From contig JBOHNX010000003.1 in the NCBI GenBank assembly GCA_050730875.1, positions 1-45,393 of the forward strand: DNA of 45,393 nucleotides, given 5' to 3'. The notes beneath the pieces are model-generated. The model worked only from the letters and a program-made list of their open reading frames with translations, was not told where the DNA came from and searched no databases. Both the position numbers and the translations under genes were made by a program. How positions within the stretch are numbered: position 1 is the stretch's first letter; every line of letters begins with the position of its first letter. Origin of the DNA: Candidatus Saccharimonadales bacterium. Lineage in GTDB: Bacteria; Patescibacteriota; Saccharimonadia; Saccharimonadales; EFPC-124. This document shows, piece by piece, positions 1 through 10,082 of this stretch.

Positions 1-86
1 ATTGAAGTACTGATTACAACAGCCTTTGTCTTTTGCGACTTTAGGTATTCTTTTTTAAGATCGGGAAGAAGGTTTAACTGGATCAT
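1..86 (-). CDS. pilN: type IV pilus assembly protein PilN, first 28 codons only (gene runs off the window)
   Basis: Minus-strand ATG at 86-84 is preceded by AGGAGG (complement of 96-101). It translates MIQLNLLPDLKKEYLKSQKTKAVVISTS. The INLLP-type N-terminus is typical of PilN, and the gene lies directly downstream of pilM. Confidence 0.5.
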   Translation of the reverse strand, partial: MIQLNLLPDLKKEYLKSQKTKAVVISTS

Positions 87-177
87 GAGGCTTCGCCTCC
101 TGGCAGCATTTTAATTTCTAATGGAAAGATCATAGGACTACGTCCTCTGGCAGCATAAAAAATTCCTGATGGAAAAA

Positions 178-1218
178 TCATATCGTTCGCTCCGCCAAGC
201 CTACTGCAACTGCAAATTGTGGCGCAATTTGCATTAAGTTATCGCGCAAACCGCCCGAGTAGCGGACATTGCCCCACGCATTTCCCGCAACAGTTGGGAT
301 GCCGGTTTTTGTTGCGATATATTCCCCGCAAGCTGGAATAGAAAGCGTATAGCCAGACAAAATAATCGAGCTAATTGGAATGTTGGGATACCGAGACTGA
401 AAAAATTTTGCTGATTTTATCACCTCGGCAGCGAACTGCTCGAGCGTCGCATCCAGTGCCTTTAGTACTTGGCCCTCGAGGCGATCTGGGTGAAGGCCAA
501 ACTTCAAGATAAACTGTGTAGCCTGATTAGCGTCGATGTTAAGATTTTGCATTGCAGCTTTTACGAGTGTCTGCATGCCAACTGGGATTGCCCTAATAAG
601 CCGCGGCGCGCCTGCCAGCACAACCACAATATCGGTCGAAAAGTCGCCAAAGTCGATAATCATATGCGCGTCCTTGCTGTGAGCTGGCACTAAGGATCGT
701 ACCAGCGCCAGCGAGTCTGGCTCTAGAGCAACTACATTCAAGCCCAAGCCTTCAATAAGATCCAGCCGCGCTTCGCTAAACTTGTTAGAAACACTTGCAA
801 GGAGCACTTCGTTTTTAGATGGATCACGGAGTGACTTCCCTAGTACAGCCCAGTCAATCTTCACGTCATCGACTGCCATTGGGATAAACTGTTCTGCCTG
901 GTACTTAATAGTGCTCGCCAGTTCTTCGGGTGGTAAATCTGGTAGATCTACGACTGTCGCAAACATTTTGTTAGATGGAATGCCAACCACTACATTGCGC
1001 GAGGCAATACCCGTTTGCGCTAGTAGATTTGTAGTAACATCGCCGAGTCGACGTTGGTCTTCTGGCGCGTCAGACGTCGCGACTTTAATATCTACTGGCG
1101 CTGAACCATACTTAACTAGACTCCAAGAATCACCGCTGGGGCTTAGTTGTACTACCCTCACAGCAGTGGTGCCTATATCAAGTGCAAAGAAATCGCCCAC
1201 CGAAGAAAAAAGCTTCAT
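178..1218 (-). CDS. pilM: type IV pilus assembly ATPase-fold protein PilM
   Basis: 346-aa ORF. The N-terminus FALDIGTTAVRVVQL is an actin/HSP70-like phosphate-1 motif typical of PilM. It is followed by pilN. Confidence 0.85.
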   Translation of the reverse strand: MKLFSSVGDFFALDIGTTAVRVVQLSPSGDSWSLVKYGSAPVDIKVATSDAPEDQRRLGDVTTNLLAQTGIASRNVVVGIPSNKMFATVVDLPDLPPEELASTIKYQAEQFIPMAVDDVKIDWAVLGKSLRDPSKNEVLLASVSNKFSEARLDLIEGLGLNVVALEPDSLALVRSLVPAHSKDAHMIIDFGDFSTDIVVVLAGAPRLIRAIPVGMQTLVKAAMQNLNIDANQATQFILKFGLHPDRLEGQVLKALDATLEQFAAEVIKSAKFFQSRYPNIPISSIILSGYTLSIPACGEYIATKTGIPTVAGNAWGNVRYSGGLRDNLMQIAPQFAVAVGLAERTI

Positions 1219-1263
1219 ACTGACCTCGATTATAGCATAAGCAATTTTGCTACCAAGCCTCTT

Positions 1264-3432
1264 TTAAAAGCGCGGCGGCAACTCATGCACCTCCATCGTT
1301 GTAATTGTTGGCTGGCTGGTCGTATTGAGGGCACTGCGCAGATACATTTCGGAGGTAAAGTTAAAGGTTTCGGCTGGTTGTTTTCGGTCGGCAGGAGTAG
1401 CGCCAGAAGCACCAGCAGTTCGGAATAGATCCAGGTTACGTGCTACTACGGCGCCATTAATTTGTAGTGGCGTATTGCAGATACTGACCGATGCGGGCTC
1501 TGTCTTTGGATAACACGTTAAGAAGGTGTTATGCGCCATAAACAAGCCGTCCATTTGCTGCACGCCGCTTAGTACGCGAATATCGCCGCCCGGGTCACTA
1601 GCACCGCGTCTTACAGACAAAATGACCAGGCTGGGGATTTCTCCGGTTCCATTGTAGCTATTGCTGTAGCGCAGATCGGCATCGATCGTGACGGTGCCAT
1701 TTTCGACTATGTACACTTGGGTGCTGCCGTTAGGCATAGTGCCACGGAAGGTATGATCTCCTTCTATGCGCCTGACGCCGCTAGGTTGACCCCCTACATC
1801 GATCGACGCGGGCATACCCGTGAGACCAACTTGGGTATAGCGACCGAGGTAGTCATTTATACAGTGTTGGGGCGCTCCAAAGTAACCCAGCAGCGACGGA
1901 TCAGGCTCGCTGTTGGCAAAGGTAAGCTGTTTGGCAGCAAAATCTGATGGATCGTTAAGGGCTTTGCTGGCCGAACCAAATTTAGTTATTTTATCGAGTG
2001 CAAATGCACCATACTCGCTCACCGAACCGGCAATCGAGCCGTCCGATAGCTGACGCGCGGTAGTTTGAATCTTTGCATTGTTGTCGCACGCAAGGCTGTA
2101 GAGCGAGAAGTCACCCCCGGCCCATACATCGCCTCCCATGAAGTGAGCATAGGGAGTTTTAGCAATCACTACACAAACTTCTGCACTTGCCCGGAAGCCA
2201 CCGCCTGCGTCTTTTGGATTAATAACGAGTGAGCGACACAGGCGAGTACCCGGCGCTTGGTTGCCGACTACCACCGCTTCAGTAGCTACCTGCGTTGTAA
2301 TGCGTGGCTGGAAGACTTGCGGACATGAATTGCCCGGCGGTACATAGCCTGCATCCGAATTACGATCGGTATCTTGCTGTGGCAATGGGGTATATCCTGG
2401 TGGGCGCTCATTCCCCACTACCTTACAGGTCGTAGGATTTGTCTCGGTTGGGCCATTGTTATAGACCGTATACGTAAAGTTAACAGTGTCGCCCTCCTGA
2501 GCCGAGACCGCATCAGCCTGGACCTGTGGCGTCACCGTAAAATCGGCAATCACCGTCGTACACGCAGGTGCTGCGATTTCCCTGCTCGAATTACTAGAAC
2601 TTGCCGGAGTAAACGCTACTTTTCGACAATATTGCGTACCGACCGGTGTACCTATTGGGACTGTAAACGTTTCGCCATTTACGTACTTCTCTTGGTCATC
2701 GGCAAGACTAGTTGGCCCTCCGTTTGCTAATCGTGCATTGCTTGGATGCACAAGCGTTTCCCACAGGACTCCGTACGCCGCCGATGGTCCTTCATTTCTT
2801 ATATAGTGGCGAAAGGTAACGCTTTGACCAGGGGTGACAGTTGCATCTGAAACGGTCGTTCGGCCTACTATGTTATAGCTCGGGTTGTTCTCCAGAACAC
2901 TCAGGTTACCTACGGGGTTCGCACACGCGCGCCGTATGGAATATCTACCGCCTGAGGCATTGCGAAAAACGATAGCATAATCGGTGCCAGTATCGTAGTA
3001 AAAGGCATCATCCCCACCACTAACGCTATCTTGATAATAGCTATTTACTGAGTAACTTATGCGCACATTCCATTGGATCCAGCCCTGACTACTCGCATAG
3101 CGAACGCGAGCTTCCCATTCGGCAATTTGTGCAGCGGTTGGTGGCAAGTTACGGCTAAGTCCAATCATGGTTTGGATCATAAACGAAGCACCCACCCTAC
3201 TCTGAGTACTACCGCCCAATCGAGCCTTCATCCAGCTAATAAATTCTTCCGTTGTATTTACGGTACTGGGAATGCCGCCACTTATCACATCGTCACCGTA
3301 GTAATCTACTTGATTGCGGAAATAACCACGGTACTCTGAGCGATCGGGTACGCCCGGCCAGGCCTTCACCGAAGCGCCATATCCTATGAAAAACGCGCAA
3401 AGAACCGCAACTAAAAGGAGAAAGCGCTTCAC
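1264..3432 (-). CDS. large secreted protein of unknown function with CARDB/DUF11-like Ig repeats
   Basis: 722-aa ORF with a GTG start overlapping the upstream stop (GTGA). Sec-type signal MKRFLLLVAVLCAFFIGYGASVKA. Repeats such as VTPGQSVTFRHYIRNEGPS and EGDTVNFTYTVYNNGPT. Confidence 0.7.
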   Translation of the reverse strand: MKRFLLLVAVLCAFFIGYGASVKAWPGVPDRSEYRGYFRNQVDYYGDDVISGGIPSTVNTTEEFISWMKARLGGSTQSRVGASFMIQTMIGLSRNLPPTAAQIAEWEARVRYASSQGWIQWNVRISYSVNSYYQDSVSGGDDAFYYDTGTDYAIVFRNASGGRYSIRRACANPVGNLSVLENNPSYNIVGRTTVSDATVTPGQSVTFRHYIRNEGPSAAYGVLWETLVHPSNARLANGGPTSLADDQEKYVNGETFTVPIGTPVGTQYCRKVAFTPASSSNSSREIAAPACTTVIADFTVTPQVQADAVSAQEGDTVNFTYTVYNNGPTETNPTTCKVVGNERPPGYTPLPQQDTDRNSDAGYVPPGNSCPQVFQPRITTQVATEAVVVGNQAPGTRLCRSLVINPKDAGGGFRASAEVCVVIAKTPYAHFMGGDVWAGGDFSLYSLACDNNAKIQTTARQLSDGSIAGSVSEYGAFALDKITKFGSASKALNDPSDFAAKQLTFANSEPDPSLLGYFGAPQHCINDYLGRYTQVGLTGMPASIDVGGQPSGVRRIEGDHTFRGTMPNGSTQVYIVENGTVTIDADLRYSNSYNGTGEIPSLVILSVRRGASDPGGDIRVLSGVQQMDGLFMAHNTFLTCYPKTEPASVSICNTPLQINGAVVARNLDLFRTAGASGATPADRKQPAETFNFTSEMYLRSALNTTSQPTITTMEVHELPPRF

Positions 3433-3983
3433 GGTTGACCCCCAAGGTCACGGATTTTTTGCTCAAGCAAGCGTTTTTCGGCATCACGACGAGGGTTGTT
3501 TTGGTCAATCAACGGTATGGCTTTTTTGTAGAAGTCGATTGCCTCTTGCTTCTTGCCAAGCTGCGCTGCGACATCGCCAAGCAAGTTAAACACTTCGAGC
3601 GTTTGCTTTGTTTCCGATGCCTTAAGGTAGGCGTTGTAGGCTTCTTGCAAATTACCCTGATTTTCGTATGCCGCTCCCTTTTGGATGTAGAGCATGTATC
3701 GATCGTCGTTGCTTATAGATGGATTACTCAGCGCACTATCGGCCTTTTTATTTGCTTCATCGTCTTTACCCTCTACTCGCAGGGCTTGCACTTCCTCGAT
3801 AGTGGCGGGCAGCTTACTACGCTCAAGGGCCGCTTGGTCCTTGCTGGGATCGTCAGATGGTTGGCCACCGTTTTTATTGAGAAACCACTGGGTAGTCAAA
3901 CCTGCCGCCGCAGCTGCAATCAACAACAAAGCAATGCTAACAATAAGAATGATTTTCTTTTTCTTGTTTTTTGCTTTGCCCAT
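3429..3983 (-). CDS. membrane-anchored TPR-repeat protein
   Basis: 184 aa. N-terminal KKKK followed by a TM helix (IILIVSIALLLIAAAAAGL). TPR-like AYENQGNLQEAYNAYLKA and LGKKQEAIDFYKKAI. Confidence 0.75.
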   Translation of the reverse strand: MGKAKNKKKKIILIVSIALLLIAAAAAGLTTQWFLNKNGGQPSDDPSKDQAALERSKLPATIEEVQALRVEGKDDEANKKADSALSNPSISNDDRYMLYIQKGAAYENQGNLQEAYNAYLKASETKQTLEVFNLLGDVAAQLGKKQEAIDFYKKAIPLIDQNNPRRDAEKRLLEQKIRDLGGQP

Positions 3984-4078
3984 AGTTATTGTGTGCTTCT
4001 ACCCTTTAAAAAGCATGTTGCTTACGCTTGTTACTTACTATACGCATAAATCGCTTTGCAACCAATAGCAGAACTCAT

Positions 4079-5854
4079 CTAGTTATTAAAGAAGTTGTAC
4101 ACACGCCGCGAAAGATTGGCAAAATTAGCATATGTCCCACCCTTGCTCATTACTCCTATTATATAGGTCGACTTTGGCCCATACACAATCGCCACGTCGT
4201 GCACATACCCGTTATACCTGCCCACTTTGTTTGCAACGACCGTACCGCGCGGCACTCCAGCCGGTATGCCATCCCGCCAAATTTGGCGTTTCATAAGATT
4301 GAGCAAATAATTAGTGCTATGTTCGCTCATAAGCGTCCTCGAATGCAACCGGAGCAAAAAGTTAGTCTCGTCACGAACGGTTGAATGTTTATCGCCGCCA
4401 TTTTTGTTATTCAAATATGTGGCAGTAAAACCAGCCGCCTTTATCATGGCATCTGCTTTCTCCCATCCTAATAAATTGAGTAAAGAAATTGCGCAAGGGT
4501 TTGTAGAGCGGTGAATCATTTCTTTCAAACAAGCATCGACCGTCCAGCCCATGTCGGTCTTTTGGTTAAAGGTTATTTCGCCGCGGTCTATTTTTGTGAG
4601 CATTGCATAGGCGACAAACATTTTGAATGTACTGGCGGTCACAAAGGGCCTTTCTGGTTGCCACTGAGCGTAACGATTTTGGCCGCCTATTTCCCGCACA
4701 ACCACACCGAATGTGCCGTATGTTTGTCGCTCCCAATCTTCAATTATTGCCTGCAAGCCACTGCTCGCCTGCGAGTAAGTGCGCACATAACTAGCATTTG
4801 GCGGTGCATCAACAACTTGCAAGCCCAACGTATTGCGCGCCAACGGGTTCTTTAGCGCCGTTTCAATTTGCTGGATTGCTTTATCCATAGCAATCGATTG
4901 ACCCTGTGGTGCCGATGTACGGGCGATCTCCTGACCATCAAGCAGCGTTACCGTGATATCCCCTGGGTCAACGCCAATCGCATGGTTCAGCTCTTGGAGG
5001 TACGCTTTCATTGCCTCGTGGTCGAACTGCAGGCTAAGCTGCTTCGATTGCTCATCTTCAACAAATTGTAGCCACGCGCCAACTGCCTTGCGGTCTGGCG
5101 AAAATGCCTGGCCGCGCACTTTTATGCGGAGTTGCTGCGACAGGATTGCTTCAGCCTCGGCCTGTAGCGATTCGAGCTGTTGGCGCGACCGAGCGAATGG
5201 TACATCCTCTGGCTGCAATTGAACTTCGGTATGCGCCGTCACGGGTGCATACCTCACCTGCTGCATAACCGTCTCTAACGTAAATTTGTAGCCATTTTTT
5301 GCATCATCAATATGAACACGACCGTCTTTTACGCTAATCGTGGCATTAAATGCCGCCTGGCTGTCTTCACGGACAATTTGCTCGGCAAAGGCCTGTAGCC
5401 TTTCTTCGTCGGCAATTGCAATGAGCGCTAAATCCTGCGATTGCCAGACATGCAAGGCACCCGAAAATGGTATGAGCCGTTCCCACCACTCATACGCGAG
5501 CATTGCATCGGCCGAAGCCTCGGCATCAATACTCACGCCAGCGCTTTGCCACTTAGTAATCCACTCTCTGCTTGGTGTATGAATGCTCAGCTCACCAGTT
5601 TCGGCGTACTCGGTTAATTGCGCAACAATAGCGACTCGGTCTTTTCCGCCAATGTCGAAACCACCGACGCTAAGCATTGGCAGCGCGCGATCATTTGGAT
5701 ACAAAAATTGTGCAACGACACTCAATGCCGCCAAGATAACCAGGCACACCCCGGCAATATCGAGCACGCGCTGATATTTTTTGAGCCATTTAAGACCTAC
5801 ACTAGCAGAGTAGTGCGCACGATGCCTCTTCGCCGCCACGCTTTTTGTCGTCAT
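4079..5854 (-). CDS. membrane-anchored serine hydrolase with a C-terminal class A beta-lactamase / DD-peptidase-like domain
   Basis: 591 aa with an N-terminal TM helix. SxxK motif STFK, SxN-like STN and KTG-like KVG occur in the C-terminal about 230 aa. Confidence 0.75.
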   Translation of the reverse strand: MTTKSVAAKRHRAHYSASVGLKWLKKYQRVLDIAGVCLVILAALSVVAQFLYPNDRALPMLSVGGFDIGGKDRVAIVAQLTEYAETGELSIHTPSREWITKWQSAGVSIDAEASADAMLAYEWWERLIPFSGALHVWQSQDLALIAIADEERLQAFAEQIVREDSQAAFNATISVKDGRVHIDDAKNGYKFTLETVMQQVRYAPVTAHTEVQLQPEDVPFARSRQQLESLQAEAEAILSQQLRIKVRGQAFSPDRKAVGAWLQFVEDEQSKQLSLQFDHEAMKAYLQELNHAIGVDPGDITVTLLDGQEIARTSAPQGQSIAMDKAIQQIETALKNPLARNTLGLQVVDAPPNASYVRTYSQASSGLQAIIEDWERQTYGTFGVVVREIGGQNRYAQWQPERPFVTASTFKMFVAYAMLTKIDRGEITFNQKTDMGWTVDACLKEMIHRSTNPCAISLLNLLGWEKADAMIKAAGFTATYLNNKNGGDKHSTVRDETNFLLRLHSRTLMSEHSTNYLLNLMKRQIWRDGIPAGVPRGTVVANKVGRYNGYVHDVAIVYGPKSTYIIGVMSKGGTYANFANLSRRVYNFFNN

Positions 5855-6056
5855 GTTTTTTATTTTTCTAAGCTACATAAGCATTATACCCCTTCATAGA
5901 GAGAAAATTAACTGACAAAAGTAGCAGCAGCGCTTAGATTAGCTGCATGAGGAAAACCCTCATAGAAATTCTTATCTTTATAGGTTTTTTGTTTATCGTG
6001 GGGATCGCGATGGTTGGATCGCGTGCTTTGCAAGAAGGCGTTTTTGCGCCCTGGCC

Positions 6057-6329
6057 GTGAAAGTCTACGTGACCGAATTCGACGTAAACATGAACGACCT
6101 ACAGGTAAGCAACGAAGAAAAGCGCACGCGCCAGGCAATTATTTATCACGAAATGTTGCGCGCTTGCATAGAAAGCAAGGTCTGCCCCAGCTTCGCATAC
6201 CTCGGTATTACCGACAAAGAAAGTTGGTATAACGAACTGGGCGTACCGAACGCAATGCCGCTCTTTTTCGACGAAGCCTACCGCCCAAAACCGGCGTTCT
6301 GGGGCATTCGCCAGGCGCTCGAACAGTAA
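6057..6329 (+). pseudogene. C-terminal fragment of a GH10 endo-1,4-beta-xylanase (relic)
   Basis: 90-aa ORF with a GTG start. It contains VTEFDV (GH10 nucleophile motif ITELD-like), GITDKESW and PLFFDEAYRPKPAF (GH10 C-terminal signature). About 250 aa of the catalytic domain are missing upstream. A possible frameshifted remnant extends back to about 5990. Confidence 0.6.
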
Positions 6330-6372
6330 TTAACGTGGTATACTTTAAGTCAGATTCACATAATAAAAACAG

Positions 6373-8358
6373 ATGGTAAAAGACAAAATATCGCGCCTGT
6401 TGGTTGTTGTGCGGGCAAAGCTCCGTAGCTTATTGATGCTACTACCTAATATGTCGCGTAAACAGCTCCTAATTGTCTGTGGTGCTCTATCTGCCTCGAT
6501 CGTTCTTATACATACTGTTCAGTTCTTCTGGCCGCGGAACCAAACTTTTACTTACGCGCAACCGCAAACCTGCTTTTTTAACCCAGTTTTATTCCCCGGG
6601 CTTGTATCGCCACAACCCGGCACAACCTTTCGGCTGAGTCTAACCCCCAACGTTTCGCTTGGTAATTTTCCTATCTTTTCGCACACCACCTGCATTACGG
6701 CCAGCCAGGCGCCCAAAGCCGGCTCCGCCGAAACCGTCAGTCTTTCGCTATTTGGAAATAGCATTTTGAAGAAAAACATCCGCATTACAGCCGATGCTTT
6801 ACCAAAACTACTCGGCCTGGCGATACCCGACCGACCGGTCTCTGTAAAAGATCAGTTGCGTTTTAATCTGAACCAGGCCGATCACGTATTCGGTTACCAA
6901 CTTTCGGCCAATAGCAAACAGGTTGGCTGCAATAAAAATAATAAGCAAGTTGCCTGCGATGTTAGCAAATTAGGTCTAGCCCAAGGAGCAACGTACGAAT
7001 TTACGCTGGAGCGAACTTTTAACGCAAAGTCGGTGGAAACTATTTTTCGGCAATCAGCCAAAACCGTAGAGCCTGTTCAAATTACCGCGTCGACTATTGC
7101 TGGGGGCGAGAAAGTGTATCATGCGCCAACCGAAATCGTGCTCACACTCAATAAACCCGCTTCTTCTGTAAAGAATGTGCGGTTGCAGCGCCTCCAAGCA
7201 AACAACGCGCGCCAAGATCTTAAGATTACCCAAACTCTAAGCGGCGATAAAGTAACCATCAAATTTACCGAAGCGCTGCCGCGCGATGCGCAGTTTGAGC
7301 TGATTATCGAACAAATTGAAGCTCAGGATAACGGCTATCTGCCGGCACCCTACATGCTGCCGTTTTCGACTTCGGGTGGTCCAAAGGTGCTGGGTATTAA
7401 TATTGGCAGCTACAAAGTTGCCCCGAGTAGCAGCTTTACACTTACACTCGATTCTGCCCCAGCAGCCGGACAGGACTTAGCCAAGTTTGTACGGGTCGAA
7501 GTCGGCGGCAGCGCCGCCGCCAGTGCGATTACCCTGCGCGGCAAAAGTATCACCATACATCCAAATACCTCATTGGGCGCCTGCACAACGTTTAGCGTTA
7601 AATTGCTCGACGGCATAAAAAATGAGCATGGCATTAGCGGCGGCTCCGCCTGGCAATTTAATTCGCGCACCCTGTGCCAAGTTGTGACGAGTATTGGCCA
7701 ATCTGTGCAGGGCCGTAGCATTTTGGCCTATCGATTTGGCGGTGGCGGCACCAAAATTATCTTTAGCGGCACCCTGCACGGCAACGAAAAAAGCGCTACG
7801 CATACGCTTAACTCGTGGATTGACTATCTCGAGGCCAACCCCGGACTTATCCCTGGCCATATGGCTATCATCGTCATTCCAAACGTAAACCCAGATGGCT
7901 ACGCAGCCAACACCCGCACCAACGCACATAACGTGGACCTCAACCGCAACTTCGCTGCCAACAACTGGAAATCGGGCGTTACTATGCCTGGTGGCAGTTA
8001 CCTCGAGCAAGGTGGTGGGAGCGCGCCGCTTTCCGAGCCAGAATCGCGCGCACTTGCGAACTACGTTAGTGCCCAAGGCGCCCGGTTAGTACTCTCCTAC
8101 CATTCAATTGGTCCGCTGGTAGCCGCTAACGAATCCGGCGACTCACTGGCAATCGCCAGAACATACGGCTCGAAAGCTGGCTTCCCGGCTTACGGAAACG
8201 ACGCCAGTGGTCAGTTCCACTACGACACCACCGGCGCATTCGAAGATTGGCTACACGACAAGCTCGGCATCCCATGCTTGCTTGTAGAGCTCGAAACCCG
8301 CGGTTTCAACGAATTCAGCGGCCAACGCAGCGCCATGCGCGCCATGTTGCAACTTTAG
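6373..8358 (+). CDS. membrane-anchored M14 zinc carboxypeptidase-like protein (gamma-D-Glu-DAP peptidase type) with N-terminal Ig-like repeats
   Basis: 661 aa with a TM helix near the N-terminus. The C-terminal domain has HGNE (HxxE zinc motif), DLNRNF and LSYHS (third zinc ligand region). Confidence 0.8.
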   Translation: MVKDKISRLLVVVRAKLRSLLMLLPNMSRKQLLIVCGALSASIVLIHTVQFFWPRNQTFTYAQPQTCFFNPVLFPGLVSPQPGTTFRLSLTPNVSLGNFPIFSHTTCITASQAPKAGSAETVSLSLFGNSILKKNIRITADALPKLLGLAIPDRPVSVKDQLRFNLNQADHVFGYQLSANSKQVGCNKNNKQVACDVSKLGLAQGATYEFTLERTFNAKSVETIFRQSAKTVEPVQITASTIAGGEKVYHAPTEIVLTLNKPASSVKNVRLQRLQANNARQDLKITQTLSGDKVTIKFTEALPRDAQFELIIEQIEAQDNGYLPAPYMLPFSTSGGPKVLGINIGSYKVAPSSSFTLTLDSAPAAGQDLAKFVRVEVGGSAAASAITLRGKSITIHPNTSLGACTTFSVKLLDGIKNEHGISGGSAWQFNSRTLCQVVTSIGQSVQGRSILAYRFGGGGTKIIFSGTLHGNEKSATHTLNSWIDYLEANPGLIPGHMAIIVIPNVNPDGYAANTRTNAHNVDLNRNFAANNWKSGVTMPGGSYLEQGGGSAPLSEPESRALANYVSAQGARLVLSYHSIGPLVAANESGDSLAIARTYGSKAGFPAYGNDASGQFHYDTTGAFEDWLHDKLGIPCLLVELETRGFNEFSGQRSAMRAMLQL

Positions 8359-8373
8359 TTGCTCGCCCGGACT

Positions 8374-8487
8374 CTAACTGACCTCAACTGCAAATAAAAT
8401 AATAAGCGCCGCCAAAATACCTATGGCGACAATGACAATCAAAAGCTCGAGGAGCGTAAAACCATCTTGTTTTAGTGAGTTTTTCAC
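8374..8487 (-). CDS. 37-codon prepilin-like mini-ORF (class III signal peptide plus the alpha1-N helix only)
   Basis: Below the ORF-track cutoff. The minus-strand GTG at 8487 translates V/M-KNSLKQDG|FTLLELLIVIVAIGILAALIILFAVEVS-stop. G at -1, F at +1 and E at +5 form the canonical prepilin peptidase/methylation motif. Confidence 0.5.
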   Translation of the reverse strand: MKNSLKQDGFTLLELLIVIVAIGILAALIILFAVEVS

Positions 8488-8578
8488 GTCGTCTCTCGTC
8501 TATTATTAACAATAATAACATCAAAATGCTTGAGCTCAGATCTTTTTTGTTATACTCAAGCCAAGAAGGATAAGCTTC

Positions 8579-9421
8579 ATGAAAAGAAAAAGCTCGGCTA
8601 GCTACTCCGGCTTACGCTACATTCAGCTTTGGCTGGCGGCGGTGGCTTTACTTACTCTTGCCATACCTTTGTACGCTAGTGCCGTCGCCTCTATTTCTCA
8701 GGGTTATGCCTCGAGCGAGAAGCTTCCGCTTGGCGCAATTGTCGGCTTAGAAAAGGATTCTACCGATCGGATCGTTGCCGCCTCGACCAGTAACGTCGAT
8801 AGTATCTTAGGTGTGGTAATCAATGACGGCAGCTCCCCGCTAAGCCTTTCGAATGGCCAGGATAATCAAGTTCAAGTGGCAACAAGTGGAATAACGCCAG
8901 TATTGGTATCGGACATTAACGGCGAGATTTCCCGCGGGGACCAAATCACCGCATCACCGATTAAGGGTGTCGGTATGAAAGCCACGAACAACGTTAAAAT
9001 CGTGGGGATCGCACAAGATAAGCCCAAAAATAGCCCCAACAAGCAGACCTACACCGACGAGGAGGGCAAGGAGCAATCCATAGTTCTGGGAGAAGTGCCT
9101 GTTCTAGTGAATGTTTCCTACTACTTCAAAGAGTCGGAAAAAACGCTCGTTCCTACAGCTATCCAAAAACTAGCCAACGCCATCGCTGGCAAGACAGTTA
9201 ATACTCTTCCAATACTTATTAGTGCGGCGATCTTTTTGATAACGCTTATCGTTGTAGCCAGTATAATCTACTCTATGATCCGTAGCAGTATTATTTCAGT
9301 CGGCCGTAATCCAATGTCGCAGTCGGCGATCTACCGCGATGTTATCCAGCTGTCGGCATTAGTGCTGGGAATTTTAGCAGTCGCCTTAATAGCAATGTAT
9401 TTAGTACTTACAAGGTTTTAA
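8579..9421 (+). CDS. membrane protein of unknown function; first gene of the ATPase operon
   Basis: 280 aa with AAGGA 9 nt upstream. Signal/TM at the N-terminus, a soluble middle, and a C-terminal two-helix hairpin joined by the loop SVGRNPMSQ. The stop lies 1 nt before the next ATG. Confidence 0.7.
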   Translation: MKRKSSASYSGLRYIQLWLAAVALLTLAIPLYASAVASISQGYASSEKLPLGAIVGLEKDSTDRIVAASTSNVDSILGVVINDGSSPLSLSNGQDNQVQVATSGITPVLVSDINGEISRGDQITASPIKGVGMKATNNVKIVGIAQDKPKNSPNKQTYTDEEGKEQSIVLGEVPVLVNVSYYFKESEKTLVPTAIQKLANAIAGKTVNTLPILISAAIFLITLIVVASIIYSMIRSSIISVGRNPMSQSAIYRDVIQLSALVLGILAVALIAMYLVLTRF

Positions 9422-9422
9422 T

Positions 9423-10082
9423 ATGAGTTCTACGTTCTTACAAATATTTCTTCTCTTCAACGTCTTTATAGTCGGAGTATTGGCGGCTATCGCAGTCCGA
9501 CATGCCTACGCCCACTTCCGACCCACGCACCATGCAGCTGAAAAACCGCACCCATCCCCGCAAAGCGCTCACCTGCCCCCTGCAGTCAAAGAACAGCTCC
9601 TCCAGGCTGCCCAAGCCAACTTCCAGAAAGTACTCGACCACTCGGCCGAGGAATTACAGCATGACCTAAAAACCACAACCGAGCAAATGAACAAGCGACT
9701 CACTGAACTTGGTGCCGAAATTATCAGCGACGAGATGAAGCGGTACCGCGCCAGTCTGGATGAACTACGCGCCCAGACAGCAATCACCATTGGAAAGGCC
9801 CAGACAGAAGTCACAACCCATCAAGCTGACCTCGAAGCCAAGATGGCCGAGCGCGAAGCTGAACTGAAGGCCAAATTGGCCGAAGAAATGGAAGCCGAAA
9901 AACAACGCCTCATCCAGCAGATCGATACCAAACTGGCCGATGCGGTCGCCTCATTCCTGATCGAAACCATGCAGCATGACGTCGATTTGGGCGCCCAGAC
10001 TGCCTATCTGACCAAGATGTTAGAAGAGCATAAGGATGATTTTAAACGAGGGGTGGCAGATGAAGTTGCAGCTACCAAATAG
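9423..10082 (+). CDS. atpF: ATP synthase subunit b-like protein (one TM helix plus a long coiled coil)
   Basis: 219 aa. N-terminal TM helix FLQIFLLFNVFIVGVLAAIAV, then an E/K/A-rich helix (EAKMAEREAELKAKLAEEMEAEKQRL). It sits immediately before delta. Assignment is by architecture and position only. Confidence 0.5.
   Translation: MSSTFLQIFLLFNVFIVGVLAAIAVRHAYAHFRPTHHAAEKPHPSPQSAHLPPAVKEQLLQAAQANFQKVLDHSAEELQHDLKTTTEQMNKRLTELGAEIISDEMKRYRASLDELRAQTAITIGKAQTEVTTHQADLEAKMAEREAELKAKLAEEMEAEKQRLIQQIDTKLADAVASFLIETMQHDVDLGAQTAYLTKMLEEHKDDFKRGVADEVAATK

Noticed and set aside
782-1240. Long antisense ORFs inside well-supported genes (for example 782..1240 +, 3435..4049 +, 10702..11076 -, 14714..15295 +, 21923..22447 -, 7570..8076 -)
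   Set aside because: Each lies opposite a gene with clear family motifs or signal peptides. Their translations are low-complexity and Ser/Ala/Arg/Leu-rich, which is typical of shadow frames in GC-rich coding DNA.
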